Source of the DNA: a phage
DNA length: 64,000 bases
Direction: 5' to 3' (one strand)
Sequence record: PZ496581.1
The notes beneath the pieces are model-generated. The model made no database searches. It was not told the origin of the DNA and saw only the letters and a program-made list of their open reading frames with translations. Shown here piece after piece: positions 59,645-64,000 of the stretch. Position 1 is the stretch's first letter; each line of letters starts with the position of its first letter. The translations under genes and the position numbers were made by a program.

Positions 59645-59792
59645 ATGCTTTAACTAATGCTTTGTTCACTTCAGCAAGTTGTACCGTAACCCACTCGATT
59701 TCTTCGCGATCACCTGATAACATGATATCTTTAGTGAACATCTCACCGCTTTTAAACCAACCGATAAAAGTAACTTTAGTTAATTTGCTCAT
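59601..59792 (-). CDS. dmd: Dmd antitoxin (inhibitor of RnlA/LsoA RNases), ~63 aa
   Basis: KVTFIGWFKSGEMFTKDIM...AEVNKALVKAFVNDEKVFEADFRG matches remembered T4 Dmd; start moved to MSKLTKV. Confidence 0.75.
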   Translation of the reverse strand: MSKLTKVTFIGWFKSGEMFTKDIMLSGDREEIEWVTVQLAEVNKALVKAFVNDEKVFEADFRG

Positions 59793-60106
59793 ATTTCCTC
59801 GCAAAATGCCCATTCAGCGTGATAAACTGTAGCACCTTTAGTATTATTCATTTGAACTACGTCTACCGGAGAAATTACTCGATAGAGACGTGGTTCACCT
59901 CCATAAGAGCGTGCTGCTCGTCCTGCATAAATCTTTGCTAAACCGATATCTTCAGTAAAGAATACACGATCCAAGTTTTTCTTACGTCCAGTTTCAGACA
60001 GAACTCCTGTTTCCTCAGGAGGACAAAGCATGTTTTCGATGTTAGCTGAACTACTTGAACCGTGATAAAAAATCTTAAATTCTGCTTTACAATCGATGGT
60101 TTTCAT
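59789..60106 (-). CDS. Hypothetical protein (105 aa) with H-G-S motif
   Basis: Track ORF; contains FYHGSSS; between gene 41 and dmd. Confidence 0.45.
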   Translation of the reverse strand: MKTIDCKAEFKIFYHGSSSSANIENMLCPPEETGVLSETGRKKNLDRVFFTEDIGLAKIYAGRAARSYGGEPRLYRVISPVDVVQMNNTKGATVYHAEWAFCEEI

Positions 60107-60132
60107 TTTGTTCTCCAGTAGTTGATAGGACT

Positions 60133-60161
60133 ATAATAACACAACTACTGGAGAAGTAAAC
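60133..60161 (-). promoter_or_regulatory. T4-type early promoter (-35 GTTTAC, 17 nt, -10 TATTAT) nested in a 12-bp inverted repeat that pairs with the downstream Shine-Dalgarno
   Basis: Arms at 60142..60153 (in the spacer) and 60113..60124 (contains the GGAG of 59789..60106). Confidence 0.45.
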
Positions 60162-60536
60162 TTAAAAACGTAATTTAGATATATCTGCGTTGATTTCGTT
60201 TTGGTTTGCATCGTATGCAATTAAACGAACCGCTTTAGATGGGTCATTCAATGCATAGAAATGATGGAACATTGCTCGAACGATATCACCATTTACGAGT
60301 TCTACCTGGATAGGAGAACCTTTTTCGAGTTGGAAATGTTCATAAGCTTTGATGGTTCGTAGATAATCAAGTTTTTGATTTCCGGCTCCAACTATTTGTA
60401 CGATACGTTTGCCCATGTTTTCCATACGAGATACAATAGTTTTAGGAGCAAGAATAACGTAGGTTGCCAGTGGAGAAACTACTTCAACAGTTGTGTTTTC
60501 GGTGATTGCAGTAAAAATTGCTTGAGACATATTCAT
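60162..60536 (-). CDS. Hypothetical protein (124 aa)
   Basis: Track ORF directly downstream of gene 41. Confidence 0.45.
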   Translation of the reverse strand: MNMSQAIFTAITENTTVEVVSPLATYVILAPKTIVSRMENMGKRIVQIVGAGNQKLDYLRTIKAYEHFQLEKGSPIQVELVNGDIVRAMFHHFYALNDPSKAVRLIAYDANQNEINADISKLRF

Positions 60537-60602
60537 AATGTTTTCCTCTTGGTTGGTGTAAGTACATCATATCATGCCTAGAGGAAGATGTAAACCCCGA
60601 AA

Positions 60603-60618
60603 GGAGACCGAAGTCTCC
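60603..60618 (-). terminator. UUCG-tetraloop hairpin downstream of gene 41
   Basis: ggagac-cgaa-gtctcc; the -35 GTTTAC of the next promoter follows. Confidence 0.4.
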
Positions 60619-60625
60619 TTTTTTA

Positions 60626-62068
60626 TTAAAATTTTAACTCATTGGCTAAGCTATCTAGGTCAGCACGTGTTGCTTTGGCTTTACCTACGCGTTCCGTACG
60701 ATTCACCTCTGCCTGACGCATCTGAGCACCTGCGTTTTCATTTACTGTGTTAGGTGTGTTCATGCCTTCTTGCTCAATCTCAATCCATTTCTGGTTGCCT
60801 TTACGTACACCCATCAGGAATTTATTCCACTTATTCTTATCACCATATCGTGATTTGATTTGTTTGATAAGTTGTTGTTCAGCTTGTGCAAGTTCTTCGG
60901 TTTCAATTACGGCCAACATGAAATCTGCCGTTGCTGGTAAACCTGCTGATTCTGCGATATCACTCATGTTCATATCCGAAGCATCCCATGCTGCACGTCC
61001 TACTTGAGCTGCAGTCCATAGAACCGTTTCAGATTCTACTGCTAATGCACGAAGTTCTTCTGCGATAGCTTTAACTAATGTGTAGCTATTTTCAGTGTAA
61101 ACTCTGATACGACAAGACCCACAAATACCTAAGTAATCAACCATGATTACAGATGGCACAAAGTTCTTCTTAAGTTTTAACTCATTAAGCAATGCACGGA
61201 ATGTATTAGCATTAGCTCCACCAGTAGGATACTGTTTAACTACTAAACGTCCTAATGTGGATTTTGAACGCCATTTTTCCATCTTGGCTTTATATTCAGC
61301 ATAAGATACGTTACCATCATCGATATCATCGAGTGATACGTCAAGCATGTTTGCATCTATACGCTTAGCACAAACTTCTTCAGCCATTTCCATGGAAATA
61401 TAAAGAACATTATGACCTGTTTGAAGATAATCTGCAGCAAGTGAACAAAGGCCTAAAGATTTACCAACGTTAACACCGGCCATTAAAACGTTTAGTGTAC
61501 CTGTTTCAGCACCACCTTTAGTGATTTTATTCAAAATGTTTAATTTGAACGGGACCTTACGTGCTTTATTTAGATAAGAAAGCCAGCGTGCTTCGTAGTC
61601 TTCCATCCAGTCATGTCCAACATAACTATCGAACGAAATTGAAAGTGCTTGACGCATAATATCAGGAATAGCTCCTACGTCAGGCATTTTCTTGTTACGT
61701 TGTTCTGGAGGTAGTTCAGCATTAGACTGAATCTCAATGATTTTGGATGTAGCATTATACATCGCTTTTTGCTGGACATATTTCTCAGTTTCTTTAACCA
61801 ACCATTCATGGTCTTCAGGAGTATCAGCCAATTTTTCAATTAGGTCTGAAGTTCCTTTATATTCGGCTTCAGTTAAAGAACTGTTATCTAAAGCCACCTT
61901 TAACGCATTGATAGATGGCATTGCATTATATTCGTTAACGTGGCTCTTTATAATTTTAAAGACATTTTTTGCCGGTCCACGCTCAAAATACTCAGAATCC
62001 ATATAAGGCCAGACCTTAGAAAAATAAGCCTGGTCATATACGAGATGAGACAAAATAATTTCTACCAC
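60626..62068 (-). CDS. 41: gp41 replicative helicase (DnaB-like), 480 aa
   Basis: Walker A GVNVGKS; N-terminal helical domain; T4 gene order 41-61. Confidence 0.9.
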   Translation of the reverse strand: MVEIILSHLVYDQAYFSKVWPYMDSEYFERGPAKNVFKIIKSHVNEYNAMPSINALKVALDNSSLTEAEYKGTSDLIEKLADTPEDHEWLVKETEKYVQQKAMYNATSKIIEIQSNAELPPEQRNKKMPDVGAIPDIMRQALSISFDSYVGHDWMEDYEARWLSYLNKARKVPFKLNILNKITKGGAETGTLNVLMAGVNVGKSLGLCSLAADYLQTGHNVLYISMEMAEEVCAKRIDANMLDVSLDDIDDGNVSYAEYKAKMEKWRSKSTLGRLVVKQYPTGGANANTFRALLNELKLKKNFVPSVIMVDYLGICGSCRIRVYTENSYTLVKAIAEELRALAVESETVLWTAAQVGRAAWDASDMNMSDIAESAGLPATADFMLAVIETEELAQAEQQLIKQIKSRYGDKNKWNKFLMGVRKGNQKWIEIEQEGMNTPNTVNENAGAQMRQAEVNRTERVGKAKATRADLDSLANELKF

Positions 62069-62077
62069 GATAACTCC

Positions 62078-62440
62078 TTAAAAGAATTTAAATTTTTTCT
62101 TGGTTCGTTCATTAAAAGCTTGTTGTACTTGCATTGTAACACATTTTTCAACATGTGGTGCAAGTTCTGCTTTTCTGTCCTGGTCAAGAACTGCAAAGTC
62201 CATTACGATTTTACCATCAACCCAGTCTAGTTTTGTAATATAGACTATATGATGGGAACCGTCTTCAAGTGTAATCAGAATCTCTTGAATGACATTTTCC
62301 ATTGCTGAACGGATAATTTTAAGAGATTCATTAAACACTCGTTCTTTGCGAATGTCCTCCCCTTCCGAAGAAGGGGATTCATCAACGATTTCTAGATTTA
62401 AATCATCGAGATTATTCATCGAAATCTTCCATTTCGTCAA
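62078..62440 (-). CDS. 40: gp40-like protein (120 aa)
   Basis: Position between uvsX and 41 as in T4; similar size; sequence not independently recognised. Confidence 0.55.
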   Translation of the reverse strand: MTKWKISMNNLDDLNLEIVDESPSSEGEDIRKERVFNESLKIIRSAMENVIQEILITLEDGSHHIVYITKLDWVDGKIVMDFAVLDQDRKAELAPHVEKCVTMQVQQAFNERTKKKFKFF

Positions 62441-63584
62441 GGTCGTTTTCTATATCTGCTGCAGATGGAGCATCAGAAGTTTTAACCGGAACTTTAGTTG
62501 TTGCTTTGCAATTAATAAGGTCGTTAACAGCGTCATCAACTTCTTTAATAGAAGAGATAGCACCTAGTTTATATTTAGTTTCAATTGCATCTCGGAAAGG
62601 TTTGTGTTTAAACAAAGGTCCCCAGAATTCTACACAATCAGTAGCTTTAGCACGCCATGATTTTTCTTCACGAATCATTTCACCTGTTTCTTCGTCAAGG
62701 AATTCGCGAGCATACCAACCGGCTTTAGGCTTAACCACAAAACCGATTTCAGTTGCCATTTCTAACAAGCCACTGAATGGGTCAATACCGCCATCAAAAT
62801 TAACCGTGATCGGGAAAGTAGATTTCTCTTTAACTGTGCGAGATTTTTCTGCTTTCAACGTGAAGTCATAACCGGTCAATTCTGTACCTTCTTTAACCTG
62901 ACGTTTAGAGATAAAAAACACTGTGTTGGCAGAATAAAGAATACCTGTACCACCGCCCATAATCTCTTTAGGATACAATCCGCCAATTTCCATTGCGGTA
63001 TGGTTAATTGCAACACACGGAATATCTTTAATAGTCAGATACGGGGTCACAATACGGAAAAGAGATTTAAGTGCCTTAGCACGAGACATATCACCTACAA
63101 CTTTCTCGTTCAATGCATCTTCAGTTTCTTTCTTAGATGCAGTATTACCGATTGAATCGATAAAGATAATAACTTTATCACCCCGTTCAATCGCGTCAAG
63201 CTGATTAGTCATATCAACTTTAAGTTGTTCGACGGATTGAATCGGAGTATGAACTACACGGTCTAAATCAACACCCATTGAACGAAAATAAGATTCTGAA
63301 GCACCGAATTCTGAGTCATAAAACAAACAGATTGCATCTTTATATTTCTTCATATACGCTGCGACCATAGTTAGTCCAAACAATGTTTTAAAATGTTTAG
63401 AAGGTGCAGCAAAAATAGTCAAGCCTGATTGCAATCCTGCATTCAGAGCACCACCTAGTGCAATATTCAACATCGGAATACGAGTAGGGACTTCATCACG
63501 ATTATTAAACAGCTTAGACTTAGTCAAGTCTGCAGTCATTTTAGAAGTAGAAGCTTTAATCAGACGAGATTTTAAATCAGACAT
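62412..63584 (-). CDS. uvsX: UvsX recombinase (RecA-like), 390 aa
   Basis: MSDLKSRLIKASTSKMTADLTKSKLFNN...IPMLNIALGGALNAGLQSGLTIFAAPSKHFKTLFGL matches remembered T4 UvsX. Confidence 0.9.
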   Translation of the reverse strand: MSDLKSRLIKASTSKMTADLTKSKLFNNRDEVPTRIPMLNIALGGALNAGLQSGLTIFAAPSKHFKTLFGLTMVAAYMKKYKDAICLFYDSEFGASESYFRSMGVDLDRVVHTPIQSVEQLKVDMTNQLDAIERGDKVIIFIDSIGNTASKKETEDALNEKVVGDMSRAKALKSLFRIVTPYLTIKDIPCVAINHTAMEIGGLYPKEIMGGGTGILYSANTVFFISKRQVKEGTELTGYDFTLKAEKSRTVKEKSTFPITVNFDGGIDPFSGLLEMATEIGFVVKPKAGWYAREFLDEETGEMIREEKSWRAKATDCVEFWGPLFKHKPFRDAIETKYKLGAISSIKEVDDAVNDLINCKATTKVPVKTSDAPSAADIENDLDEMEDFDE

Positions 63585-63682
63585 TGTATTTTTCCATAGG
63601 CATCATTATATTTTACTCATGTTTAAAAGATAAGATGATTATATACTAAGGGTTATACAGCATTTAAAACTTTAAATGGCTC

Positions 63683-64000
63683 TTAACGAGCCCATTTGAT
63701 GATTTCTGTAATCAAATCATTACGTTCGCTTGCATTAAATCCTATAACTTTGTTAGCACCATCATGATTAAGTAATTGATACGTTTGGATTTTGTTATGA
63801 ATTGCAAACTCTTCAAAATGTGAAATGACTGTATTAAAACCGAATGAAGACAAAGTAATAAGGTCGTCTTCAAAACTTTCAGTCATTTCGTTACGTGTTA
63901 AAATAATTGTGAACACATCATGGTTTTGGCAAAGACGAACATAATCCTGTTCATAAACGTCAAGAACCGAGTCCGCATCTTGTCGAATACGTCCATAAAC
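63683..64000 (-). CDS. Partial CDS (C-terminal part; 5' end beyond the window), hypothetical
   Basis: The frame of track ORF 63683..63916 stays open upstream to position 64000 with no stop; the GTG at 63916 is probably internal. Confidence 0.4.
   Translation of the reverse strand, partial: VYGRIRQDADSVLDVYEQDYVRLCQNHDVFTIILTRNEMTESFEDDLITLSSFGFNTVISHFEEFAIHNKIQTYQLLNHDGANKVIGFNASERNDLITEIIKWAR

Noticed and set aside
62506-62871. 121-aa plus-strand ORF
   Set aside because: Antisense within uvsX

Overview
This window is a contiguous segment of a T4-like (T-even, Tevenvirinae-type) myovirus genome; the gene order matches T4 from rIII/31/cd through nrdAB-td-frd-32-59-33-rnh, the long-tail-fibre/holin block, and on to asiA-motA-52-ndd-rIIB-rIIA-39-dexA-dda-mod-soc-56-61-41-40-uvsX. 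All calls rest on motifs and remembered similarity to T4 proteins; no searches were run. Early and middle genes are on the minus strand; only genes 34-35-36-37-38-t (22016..32136) and one small ORF (55697..55894) are on the plus strand. Coordinates of hand-derived features (promoters, hairpins, adjusted starts, small ORFs absent from the track) are approximate to a few nt. The ORF track appears to translate GTG/TTG starts as M. Main departures from the T4 core: a class-I DAHP synthase next to cd, a GT-B-like glycosyltransferase between 39 and rIIA.1, an rIIA reading frame broken by a 2-nt 'ga' insertion, two homopolymer-associated frame breaks near gene 39, soc without a canonical start codon, a 19-bp tandem duplication in the gene 32 leader, an Imm-like/lipoprotein pair beside sp, and a recurrent promoter-plus-inverted-repeat intergenic module. 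The td group I intron with I-TevI is present; nrdB is intronless and gene 39 is one uninterrupted 605-aa ORF. No tRNA, rRNA, CRISPR array or integrase was seen.
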